From: Mustelus asterias | Lineage: Eukaryota | Direction: 5' to 3' | Assembly: GCF_964213995.1 (NCBI RefSeq) | Contig: NC_135813.1 | Span: forward strand, 81,034,001-81,098,000 | Length of the DNA stretch: 64,000 bases | Shown: piece by piece, positions 25,401-37,400 of the stretch | How the letters are laid out: every line of letters begins with the position of its first letter | Numbering within the stretch: position 1 is the stretch's first letter | Position numbers and translations under genes: made by a program | Notes under the pieces: model-generated | The model's database searches: none | What the model was told of the DNA's origin: nothing | Seen by the model: the letters and a program-made list of their open reading frames with translations, nothing else

Positions 25401-28400
25401 ACAAGAAGATATACAAACAGAGAAACTAGAAGCAGGAGTAGGCCATTCGGCCCTTCGAGTCTGCTCCGCCATTCATTTTGATCATGGCTGATCATCGAAT
25501 TCAGTATCCTGATTTCCCCCCCCCCACTCCTCCCATATCCCTTGATCCCTTTTGCCCCAAGAGTTATATCTTATTTCTTCTAATATAGACAGAATGGTCA
25601 AATGGACAGATAAGTGGCAGATGGAATTTAACCCTGAAAAGTGTGAAGCATACACTTTGGAAGGAATAATTTGACAAGGAAATATTCAATGAACGGCATG
25701 ACATTAGGAAATTCTGAGGAACAAAGGGACCTTGGCGTGTTTGTCCATGGATCTCTGAAAGCGGAAGGGCATGTTAGTAGGGTGGTGAAAAAGGCATTTG
25801 GGACACTAGCCTTTATCAATCGAGGCATAGATTACAAAAGCAGGGAAGTCATGTTGGAGTTGTATAGGACTTTGGTGAGGCCTCAGCTAGAGTACTGCGT
25901 GCAATTCTGGTCGTCACATTATAGGAAGGACGTGAAAGCACTGGAAGAGGTGCAGAGGAGATTCATCAGGATGTTGCCTGGGATAGAACATTTATGAAGA
26001 GAGTTTGGATAGACTTGGGTTGTTTTTGTTGGAACAGAGAAGACTGAGGGGTGACCTGATTGAGGTGTACAAGATTATCAGGGGCATGGACAGAGTGGAA
26101 AACGAGCAGCTGTTCGCCATATTGAAGTGTCAGTCACGAGGGACATAGGTTCAGGTGAGGTGCAGGAGGTTTAGGGGGGATGTTAGGAAAAACTTTTTTA
26201 CCCTGAACGTGGTGACGGTCTGGGATGCGCTGCCAGGGAGGGTGATAGAGGCTGGTTGTCTCGCATCGTTTAAAAATGGATGAGCATTCGGCACGTCATA
26301 ACATTCAGGGCTATGGGTCAAGTGCTGGTAAATGGGATTAGGTGGGAGGTAAAGTGTTTCTCGCGTGTCTCGATGGGCCAAAGGGCCTCTTCTGCACTTT
26401 ATGATTTTGACTAAGAGCGGTAATAAAACTTTATATTACTGTTCTACAGTGTTATGTTGAATGACAGTGTGAGATGCAACTAATGTAACCTGGCTCCCAG
26501 GCCTGGAGTGATCAGTATGATGTGAGTGGGCTGCCTACATGGAAATGGGCTTCAGAATGATTGGGAGTGTGAAAAAACCAAGAGACCACACATCCTGTAT
26601 TTCTAAGGTGTGGAGCAACCAGCTCCTGCCATCCATGCCACTCATGCAGCCTAAGTACTCTGCCTTGGAAGTTCTATTCTAATACTATAATACACATTTG
26701 GCCTGTGTTTGCATAATATGTAGTGCATTTTTAGCACAAGCTGCATTTTTAGCTGTTTACTCACTTTCTAATCTTTTCCGTCTTTGCTTTTGTTCTCCAA
26801 ACTTATTTTTAAACTGAGTGCATAGAACATATCTTTATCATTTCCTACAGTGTATGGTGTCTTGGCAACTGGTCTCTTATCAATGTATGAACTTTTCTCA
26901 CAACTTGGATGTTTGTCAATTTCTGCCATTTCATTTTGTGAGCTTGTTGTGCATACATTAAGATAAGATTACAATTTTCACTTTTCTCCACTTTTGCTAT
27001 AATATAAAAACTAAACTGGAATGATGCTGAAATAGATTGACCATTAACATCGTAAAACATTCTTACAAGCTAGCAGAGCAGGACCGTGTCACAATTATGA
27101 AAATAAATCAAAATTTATCTTTAGCTTCCAACAGGCTCCCAATGGCAGGTCCCTTCACTGAAGGAAATTTATTGTGTGAAGCAGAAGGAAAAACAGAGTG
27201 TCCCTGCCTGGCAATTGAGTTCCCCTCCACTTCATCAGTCTCCCCCACAGGTAAGACAGTTCCAGCATTCACTTGTATAGTGCTGTCAACATAGCAACAT
27301 TTTGGCAAAGCCCTTTGGGAGTTGGTGGTGTCCTGACTGATTAGCAAACATGAGTTACAAGAATTGAGGTATACCCGAGAACTAGATTCTGGAGCTTCGA
27401 ATGAGGGTTAAGAGTAGCAAAGTGGATGGGATTAAGAATAGGCCAATATCATTAAAAGCTCTCGAGCAGTGGTGGGTGTACAATAGCTCAGAAACAGAAG
27501 AATGGAAGGCATGAGATGGCATGCAGATCTGATTGTGGTGGGGCTGCTGCTGGCAGATCTGTAGATCAGGAAAAGATTTCTAAAATCATTGGAGGTTGGC
27601 AGGGTTGGGGTGAGGACTACCCTTCACTGGAATTGACATCAGTGGACTACATGGACTTTCGCAAGGCGTAGGTTCAATCTCACAGGATCCAAGGTGTCCA
27701 ATTGGATACAAAATTGGCTTGATGATAGAAGACAGAGGGTTGTTTTTCAATCTGGAGGCCAGTGACCAGCGGTGTGCCACAGGAATTGGCGCTGGGTCCA
27801 TTGTTATTTATATTAATGATCTGGATGAGAATTTAGGACGCATGGTTAGTTTGCTAATGACACCAAGATTGGTGGCCAGTGGGCCACCAATGGCAGATGG
27901 AGTTTAATTTAGATAAATGCGAGGTGATGCATTTTGGTCGATTGAATCAGGGCGGGACTTACTCAGTAAATGGCAGGGCGTTGGGCAGAGTTATAGAACA
28001 AAGAGATCTAGGGGTACAGGTTCATAGCTCCTTGAAAGTGGAGTCACAGGTGGTTAGGGTGGAGAAGAAGGCATTCGGCATGCTTGGTTTCATTGCTCAG
28101 AACATTGGATACAGGAATTAAGATGTCTTGTTGAAGTTGTACAAGACATTGGTAAGGCCACACTTGGAATATTATGTACAGTTCTGGTCACCCTATTATA
28201 GAAAGGATTTTATTAAATTAGAAAGAGTGCAGAAAAGATTTACTAGGATGCTACCTGGACTTGATGGTTTGGGTTATAAGGAGAAGCTGGATAGACTGGG
28301 AGTTTTTTCCCCGGAGTCTGGGAGACTGAGGGGTGATCTTATAGAGATCTATAAAATAATGAGGGGCATAGATCAGCTAGATAGTCAACATCTTTTCCCA

Positions 28401-31400
28401 AAGGTAGGGGAGTCTAAAACTAGGGGGCATAGGTTTAAGGGGAGAGATACAAAAGGGTCCAGAAGGGCAATTTTTTCACACACAGGGTGGTGAGTGCCTG
28501 GAACGAGCTGCCAGAGGTAGTAGTAGAGGCAGGTACAATTTTGTCGTTTAAAAAACATTTAGACAGTTACGTGGGTAAGATTGGTATAGAGGGATATGAG
28601 CCAAATGTGGGCAATTGGAACTCGCTTAGTGGTAAAAACTGGGCAGCATGGACAAGTTGGGCTGAAGGGCCTTTTTCCTTGCTGTAAACCTCTAAGACTT
28701 TATGGTTGAGTTTTCCAAATAGCTTGAGCTTAAGAACAGTGAAATTCGGGAGGATGACATGGAGAGCATTTGAGAAGTTAAACTTGGTGGCAATGAAGAT
28801 GTGAATGAATGCATGTTTTACTGGCAGCAAGGGTGAAGTGTGAACTGAATGTAAAAAAACGCTACAAAAAGTGACCTTAATACCACCAAGTCTTCATTTA
28901 AAATAAATCCATTTTCCCAATCTGATATTTATTGTTGCTTTTTGGAAATATTAAATTTCACTTAAATTGCACATTTGCTTTGTTAAAATTTGGACAAAAT
29001 GCTTAATCACCCCATTTTAAGCTTAGTGGATTCTCCATCTTGTGTTATAATTCTGAATATAATATACCAAAGATCCCGAGATTAACTTCTAACTTGTGCT
29101 GAGGTAGTTGATCATTTCGCTTAAAGTTAAAGTTTATTTGTTAGTCACAAGTAGGCTTACATTCACACTGCAATGAAGCTACTGTGAAAATCCCCTAGTC
29201 GCCACACTCCGGTGCCTGTTCGGGTACACTGAGGGAGAATTTAGCACGGCCAATTCACCTAACCTGCACATTTTTGGACTGTGGGAGGAAACCGGAGCAC
29301 CCGGAGGAAACCCGCGTAGACACGAGGAGAATGTGCAAACCCCACACACAGTGACCAAGCCGGGAATCGAACCCGGGTCCCTGGCACTGTGAGACAGCAG
29401 TGCTAATCACTGTACCACCGTGCTGCCACTTTGTGGGCCTCGCAGTTAACGTAAGTATCACCAGGCTAGAAAGGAGATAACTCAGCTGGGCTTGCACTCC
29501 TGATCATTCAGAGGGAATAGTCACATGCAGTTGTGAAGTGAAGAAATCGTGATATTGGGCTGTCACCTATAGGTGGGGTCTCACTCTTTCTCACGAAATG
29601 ATGGAGGCCCCATCAGAAAGCAGCTAGTTGGTTGATTTCTGGTTGTCAAGATGGGGGATGTTATTGTTGAGGATTTTAATATCTTCTATTTCAGGTACCC
29701 AGTGTTGATAATCAAGCTCACACCATGCAGCCTGTTGCAAAGCCAAGCAATATCTGTCATGACTTCTACCCCAAATCAGAAGTGCACCCCAGTGTGATAT
29801 TTATCAATTTCTTAACACCAGCCTACCGTTGCCTGTCTGAATGAGATTGCTGTTTCGGACACTTTGGTGCTGTAAACCAAGATGAATTTGATTAGGACTG
29901 TCCAAGTGTATTTTAGATAGGATCCTTACTGGGCAGGATTTGGACCTACGACCATAGGGAAACCTACTGTGCCACTTTTCTATTCATTCGTGGGACATGT
30001 GTGTCACTGGCTGGCCAGCATTTATTGCCCATCCCTAGTTGCTCTTGAAAAGGTGGTGGTGATATAGCTGAGTGGCTTGCCAGAGGGCATTTGAGAGTTA
30101 ACCACATTGCTGTGATTCTGGTGTCATGTGTTGGCCAGACCAGGTAAAGGATTTTCTTCTCTAAAGGACATTAGTGAACCAAATGGGTTTTTACGACAAT
30201 CACCAATGGTTTCACGGTCATCAGTAGATTCTTAATCCCTGATTTTTGTATTGAATTCAAATCCCACCATATGCCATGGCAGGTTCGAACCCAGGTCCCC
30301 AGAACATTAGCTGAGTTTCTGGATTAATAGTCTGGCGATAATACCACTCGGATAATTTCCTCTGCTGAGTTTTCTTTCATGTGAAATGAGTCATTGCACT
30401 GCCCAATTCTGGTACTATTCTTTCTATCGCATGAGTTAGTGTTTGCATCATTTCCATTTTCTTTTTCCTTCTTCTAAGCCTGGGAAGACTGAGGCCAGTT
30501 TAGTGCCCTCTGTTGCTGGCTAACTTGGCTCAGGTCAGCATTTGGCATCTTTAGGTCTGTATGACTTGTGCTTATTTATCTGAGGTCATTATACCTGCCC
30601 CCCTTTTTTTGTGTTTGTGCAGCAGTACTTTAACTGTCTGTATGCACATAAGTCTACTTAGTCATGCAAAGGTTTGGACTTCTGCTGGGATGTAGATAAT
30701 GGATTAGTTTAGTGGGATGACAGGCTAACAGCAGCTTTGTCAACTATTTAAATCATCTCTCTTGCTGGCATAAGTGCAAGGTAATAGTGTTTTTGAGGTA
30801 CATAAAATTGCATTGGGTTTTACAGCAAATATACCAGCTATCTTTAGCTATACACCATCATTCCATGTGTTAGTCTATTCCATATTGTCGCTACTATGAG
30901 TTAATGCATGTTGCTAATAAATGTGCAAACTAATGTATCAACATATCAGAGCCACATGGATCTTTTACCAGCAACGGGGCAATATATTCTATATTTTCAA
31001 CAAAAGAATAGTTGAAATGTACTTTTTAGAACAGTATTTGTTTTGATTTTTGATAGAGATCTAATTTATCTTTCAATATTTCTGTCTAAATAAGGTTTTA
31101 ACGCTAGATCCCACTCTTCATATGAAGCCATCTGCGGTATTTTCGCCATGTTATAATTTCAGTACACCAGTAGCAGTTTCAGAATCTGACACTCGGTCTT
31201 CAGTCAGCCCAGACTCCATTGTGGGTGTAGCCATCCAAAGCTATTCTGAACCCAAATCAGATTCACGTGTCGATACTTCTCCAGGACCAGGATTGATCAG
31301 AACTTCCAGATGTTCCCCACAGAAAAACTCGTCACTATTGCAAAACTGGAATCTCCAACTTGCCTCTCTGCCATCCTCTGTTATGGACAGTCCAGACTCT

Positions 31401-34400
31401 AAAATCTTAAAGCCAACAAGGAATGCAAGCTCATTGCATGATCAAGGGGAGAGCAACAGTTCCACATTGGGTCAGCCATCTGTATCCTGTATTGGGCCAT
31501 TAGGAATTACAAATACTGTACATGGATCATTGGACCATCATGTATCTACATCATCTCTTGAAGATCCTATCATGTTATCGATGTAAGTAACATCTTGTCA
31601 GAAAATATTTCAAAATTTAAGAAACATTATTTTTATATTGTTGAGAATCTGTTCAGAGATATAAAAACCTTGCAACTTTTTACGTAGCTTTTGATGTTTA
31701 AGAGCATTTTGTGTGCCTGCCATGATGCTGGGTATTTTCGATAGGAGCTGAATCTGGATTTCAGCTTCATAGCTCAGTGCAAATGTACAGAATTTTAAAT
31801 TTTCTAGATGATGTTTGCCTAAACGGATATTACAAATACTATATGTGATAATGTACCGTCAATCCAACTTGCATTGTAAACCTAAATTTAGAATTTTAAA
31901 TGAAATTTAATTTCTAGAGCTCGTCTAAATTTACGTGAGAAACATGCGCGTCACGTAGCTGACATTAGAGCTTACTATGAGGCAGAAATAAACAGCCTTA
32001 AGGAAAAGTTGGAAACCTTAAATGGATCTTCTACAATATTTGAAGCAGAGAAACTCAACAAGAATCTTTTAAAAAGGTGATTTTTCCCGTTTTCAATAAA
32101 AACATGCATTTAAAGTGGTCAAATATATTTAATTTCCTTTACCTCACTTGCTGTTCTTTCATTTAATTTTTCATTCAAATGCATAACCAAATTATAGATT
32201 TTTTTAACTGAAGATTGTAAAAAAAATTATTGTACTACATGCAAATTATAAAGATCATGCATGCTTGAAAGAAGAGTATTAATGCCCCTATAAGTGTGTA
32301 CGTTTGAACTTGTTCAGCGCAGGATGCCAATGTGCCCAAATAGTATAGTAACAAGTTTCACAACACCAGGTTAAAGTCCAACAGGTTTATTTGGTGGCAC
32401 AAGCTTTCGGAGTGTTGCTCCTTCTTCAGGTGAGTGAGGAGTTGTGTTCACAAACAGGTCATATATAGATTTACACAATAATGGTTGGAATGTGAGTCTT
32501 TACAGGTAAGCAAGTCTTAAAGGTACAGACAATGTGAATGGAGAGAGGGTTAAGCACAGGTTAAAGAGATGTGTATTGTCTCCAGCCAGGACAGTTAGTG
32601 AGATTTTGCAAGCTCAGGCAAGTCGTGGGGGTTACAGATAGTGTGACATGAACCCAAGATCCCGGTTGAGGTCGTCCCCGTGTGTGGAACTTGGCTCTCA
32701 GTCTCTGCTCAGCAATTCTGCATTGTCGTGTGTCGTGAAGGCCGCCTTGGAGAACGCTTACCTGAAGATCAGAGGCTGAATGCCCGTGACTGCTGAAGTG
32801 TTCCCCGACAGGAAGAGAACACTCCTGCCTGGTGATTGTTGAGCGGTGTTCATTCATCTGTTGTCGTAGCATCTGCATGGTCTCCCCAATGTACCATGCC
32901 TTGGGACATCCTTTCCTGCAGCATATCAGGTAGACAATGTTGGCCGAGTTGCAAGTGTATGTACCGTGTACCTGGTGGATGGTGTTCTCACATGAGATGA
33001 TGGCATCCGTGTCGATGATACGGCATGTCTTGCAGAGGTTGCTGTGGCAGGGTTGTGTGGTGTCGTGGTCACTGTTCTCCTGAAGGCTGGGTAGTTTGCT
33101 GCGGACGATGGTCTGTTTGAGGTTGTGCGGTTGTTTGAAGGCATGTGGGGATGGCCTTGGCGAGATGTTCGTCTTCATCGACAACATGTTGGAGGCTCTG
33201 GAGAAGACGTCGTAGCTTCTCCGCTCCGGGGAAGTACTGGACGACAACGCGTACTCTGTCTGCCGTGTCCTGTGTTTGTCTTCTGAGGAGGTCGGTGCGG
33301 TTTTTCGCTATGGTGTTTCGGAACTGTCGATCAGTGAGTCGAGCACCATATCCTGTTCTTATGAGGGCGTCTTTCAGCGTCTGTAGGTGTCTGTTGCGAT
33401 CCTCCTCATCTGAGCAGATCCTGTGTATACGGAGGACATGTCCGTAGGGGATGGCTTCTTTAACGTGTTTAGGGTGGAAGCTGGAGAAGCGGAGCATCGT
33501 GAAGTTATCCATGGGCTTGCGGTACAGTGGAGTGCTGAGGTGACCGTCCTTGATGGAGATGCATGTGTCCAAGAATGCAACCGATTCCAGAGAGTAGTCC
33601 ATGGTGAGTCTGATGATGGGAGGGAACTTGTTGATGTCATCATATAGTTGTTTCAGCAAACCATCAAGTCATCAAATAATGTGTCATGGGGCACCTTCAA
33701 ATTTTTGTGCTATGAATCAACGGAATTTGAATTTTGTCAGTGAAGTGATGAAATTGCTGGAGGGTGTAGGTAGGTCTAGGTCACTGTGGTATGAAGAGAG
33801 TTACAGAATCCACTAAAGACTGGATCAAATGACAAAATCTGATTTCACTGTTAGCTGAGACAAACTCCACTGAATTTTGGAGTCTCCAATCTTGGAACAA
33901 ATAAACTGATGGAAACTTAAAAACGTTGACAAGATGATGGCAAATGCAGCTAAAAATTCAAGATGAGCATTGTATATATTTTGTTCCAATTTTCTCCTCG
34001 CCTGCATTGAAGATGTTAACTTCAGATGCTAATGGAATGATACCCTTTATTAAAGAACAGTTTTGATCCCCTTATCTAAGGAAAGATACTGGCATCGGAG
34101 GCATTCCGGCAAAGGTTTACTAGGTTGATCCCAGGTATGGAATTAATTTCTTATGAGTGGTTGTGTAGTTTGAGCTTTATACTCATTGGAATTTCTACGA
34201 ATGAGAGGTGACCTTATTTAGGCATGTAGGATCCTCAGGGGCTAAACAGGGTAGATGCTGGGAGGTTATTTCCCCTTGTGGGAGAGGGCATAATCTCAGA
34301 GAAAGGGGTCACCCATTTAAGATAGAGATGAAGAGAAATTTCTTCTCCTGAGGGTAGTGAATCTATGGAATTCTTTGGAAGGCTGTAGAGTCTGGGCCAT

Positions 34401-37400
34401 TAAGTATGTTCAAGAACATACGAACCAGGAGCAGGAGTAGGCAATTCAGTGTCCTCTGCCTTTCAATATGATCATGACTGATCTTGTCTTGACCTCAACT
34501 CCACTTTCCTACCCGTTCTCCATAACCTTTTAACCCATTACTAATTAAAAATCTATCTTATTTCCTCAAATTTACTTAACGTCCTAGCATCCACTGCACT
34601 CTGGGTAGTGACTTCCACAGATTTATAACCCTTTGAGAGAAGTAGTTTCTCTTCATCTCTGTTTCAAATCTGCTGTCCCTTATCCTAAAACTACGACCTC
34701 TTGTTCTAGATTGCCCCACAAGAGGAAGCAGCCACTCCACGTCTACTTTGTTAGTATTTTTATCATCTTGTATACCTCAATTAGATCTTTCGTTCTTCTA
34801 AATTCTAGAGAGTGTAGGCACCGTTGGTTCCTGAACAGCCCGAGAATTTAAGGCTCTCAAATGGTCGAGGTGTTTTCTCAGAATGGCATCGCACAGTGGT
34901 TAGTACTGCTGCCTCACAGCGCCAGAGACCCGGTTCGATTCCCGGTTTGGGTCACTGTCTGCGTGGGTTTCCTCCAGGTGCTCTGGTTTCCTCCCACAGT
35001 CCGAAAGAAGTGCTGGTTAGGTGCATTGGCCATGCTAAATTCTCCCTCAGTGTACCCGAACAGGTGCCAGAGTGTGGCGACTAGGGGATTTTCATAGTAA
35101 CTTCATTGCAGTGTTAATGTAAACCTACTTGTGACGCTAATAAATAAACTTTATGCAGATTTCATATGAAACTGGTCCTGTCCTTGAAACCACGCAGGGC
35201 CATTCCCAAGATTCTTTAATAATATCCTATCACCTGCCGTTAAGTGTCTCTCATGGCTGGTGTTGTTGTGGGCACGGCACTGGACTTCTTAATGCCTTTC
35301 CATGCTCCCTCCACCAGATTTGGAAAGATCAGGCTCAATCTAGTGTGGAGTCGGCTGCCCATGAGCAGCTTGGCTAGTGCTATTCCGGTAGTCAAATATC
35401 ACTGCCAATCCATCTTTTTCGATGTGGGCATATTTGTGTTCTGCGATAGCCAAGACCCTGGAAGCATATGCAATTGGGTATTCCTCTCCGATTGGCCACC
35501 TCTGTGCCAACACCACCCTGATGCAATACGGGGATATGTCATAGGTCAGTAATAGTTCTTTCTGGGATCATAATGTGCCAGAACATTGGACAAGGGAAGC
35601 TGTTGCTTTACTTTATTGAAAGCCAAGGAATGACTGGAAGACCACTCCCAAGACTGATCCTTTTTTAGTAGTTGGGGTAATGGGGTCAGGATGGAGGCAA
35701 GATTGGGTATAAATTTCTCGTATTAGGTTACCAACTCCTAAAATGTTCTTAACTCCTGAATGGATGTTGGATCCTTGGCGCCTTTGATCACCCGCACTTT
35801 GTCCTCCAAGGGGTGTAGACCAGTCTTGTCTGCTCTCTAGCCCGGATAGATCACTTGGGGGTCTACAATACACATTTTTCCCTTCTAAGGCATATGCCTG
35901 CCTTGGAAAACTGACTTAGAACTTCCTCAAGGTTCCTTATGCGTTCCTTATTTGTTTTTCCTGTTATAAGGATGTCATCCAGATAGGTAGCAACTTGAGG
36001 CAGACCTTGTAAAATGTTCTGCATCATTTGCTGGAAAATTGAGCAGGCTGATGGTAACCCAAATGGCAGTCTGGTTTCTTGGTAAAGGCCCTTATGTGTA
36101 TGAATTGTTGAATATCTCTGGAATTTTTTGTCGAGCTGTTATTGTAAGTAAGCGTGACTCATATCAAGTTTCGAAAACGAGAATTCTGCTACCAACTTTG
36201 AGTATAAATCCTTGATCCGAGGGATTTGGTATTTATCCAGCTGCAAGAAACGGTTTACCGTTTGTTTAAAATTCCCACAAAGGCGGACTGATCCATCTGG
36301 CTTCAAAATTGTAACGACTAGTGCTGCTCATTCCACAATTGGACTGGTTGGATGATCCTTTCATGCTCCAGTCTTTGGATTTCTGCTTCAACATTTTCCT
36401 GCAAGGCAAATGGTACTGGATGGGCCTTGCAAAATTGCGGAATTGCTTCCTGGCCAACATGCAAGGTTGCCTTGGCTTCTTTTTATAGCCCCTAGACCTT
36501 CATGGAAAACCTCATGGTATTTAAGCAGGACTTCACGAAGGTGATCATTCTCTAGCTGAAAGAAGTTGAGCCAATCGAGGTGGATCTCTCGCAACCAATT
36601 TATACCAGCCTACAAGTTGTTTTTCTAGATCATGTAGGACTCCTTTGCTGTTTTAACTCTGCGTACTCGCAATAATTACAATGCACTACCAGGAAGGATT
36701 CTGAAGGGACTTGTGACTGGTCAAAGTTCGGCTTTGATTTGGGGCTGAGTTGTGGACAAATCTGGAGTTACATGTATCTGGATGCATCCTGAATGAGGCT
36801 ACGCAATCTCCTGCACTCAAGAGGTGGTCTCCGCACTCAAGTTGAACTAGCATGGGTGTCCACTTCCGTTGGGATACTTTGCAACTCATATGCTCCACTT
36901 GCAGCTGGCCTGATCATTTTCCAATGATCAGGCCAGCTGTAGCACCTGTTTGAAGTCCAATTGAGCTTCAGCTAATAGGCATTTTTGAATAATTATGTTA
37001 TTAATCCCGCATATCAAATAGTCTCTTAGCATCTCATTAAGGGTTAAACCAAATTCGCATTATTCCTCCAGTCGACTTAATCTAGTTAAGAAACCCGGAA
37101 CAGATTCACCTGGCTCTTGTAATGCTGAGTGAAAATGATAACGTCTCAGAATTAGAGGTGGCTTGGGGTTGTAGTATTCTCTAACTAGTTCAGTCCATTC
37201 TTAAAAGTTTTAGTTTCCGACGCCTCAGGGAGAGTTAAACTTCAAATGACAACAAATACGGAAGTGCCACGGGAGAATTACCCATTGTTTTTCATCTGCC
37301 ATAATGTCGTTTGCCCAAAAAAAAGTAATGCATGCATTCCACATATTGGACCCAGCCCTTCACAGCAGGGTTGAACAAGTCTAGTTTTCCAGACAAAGGC

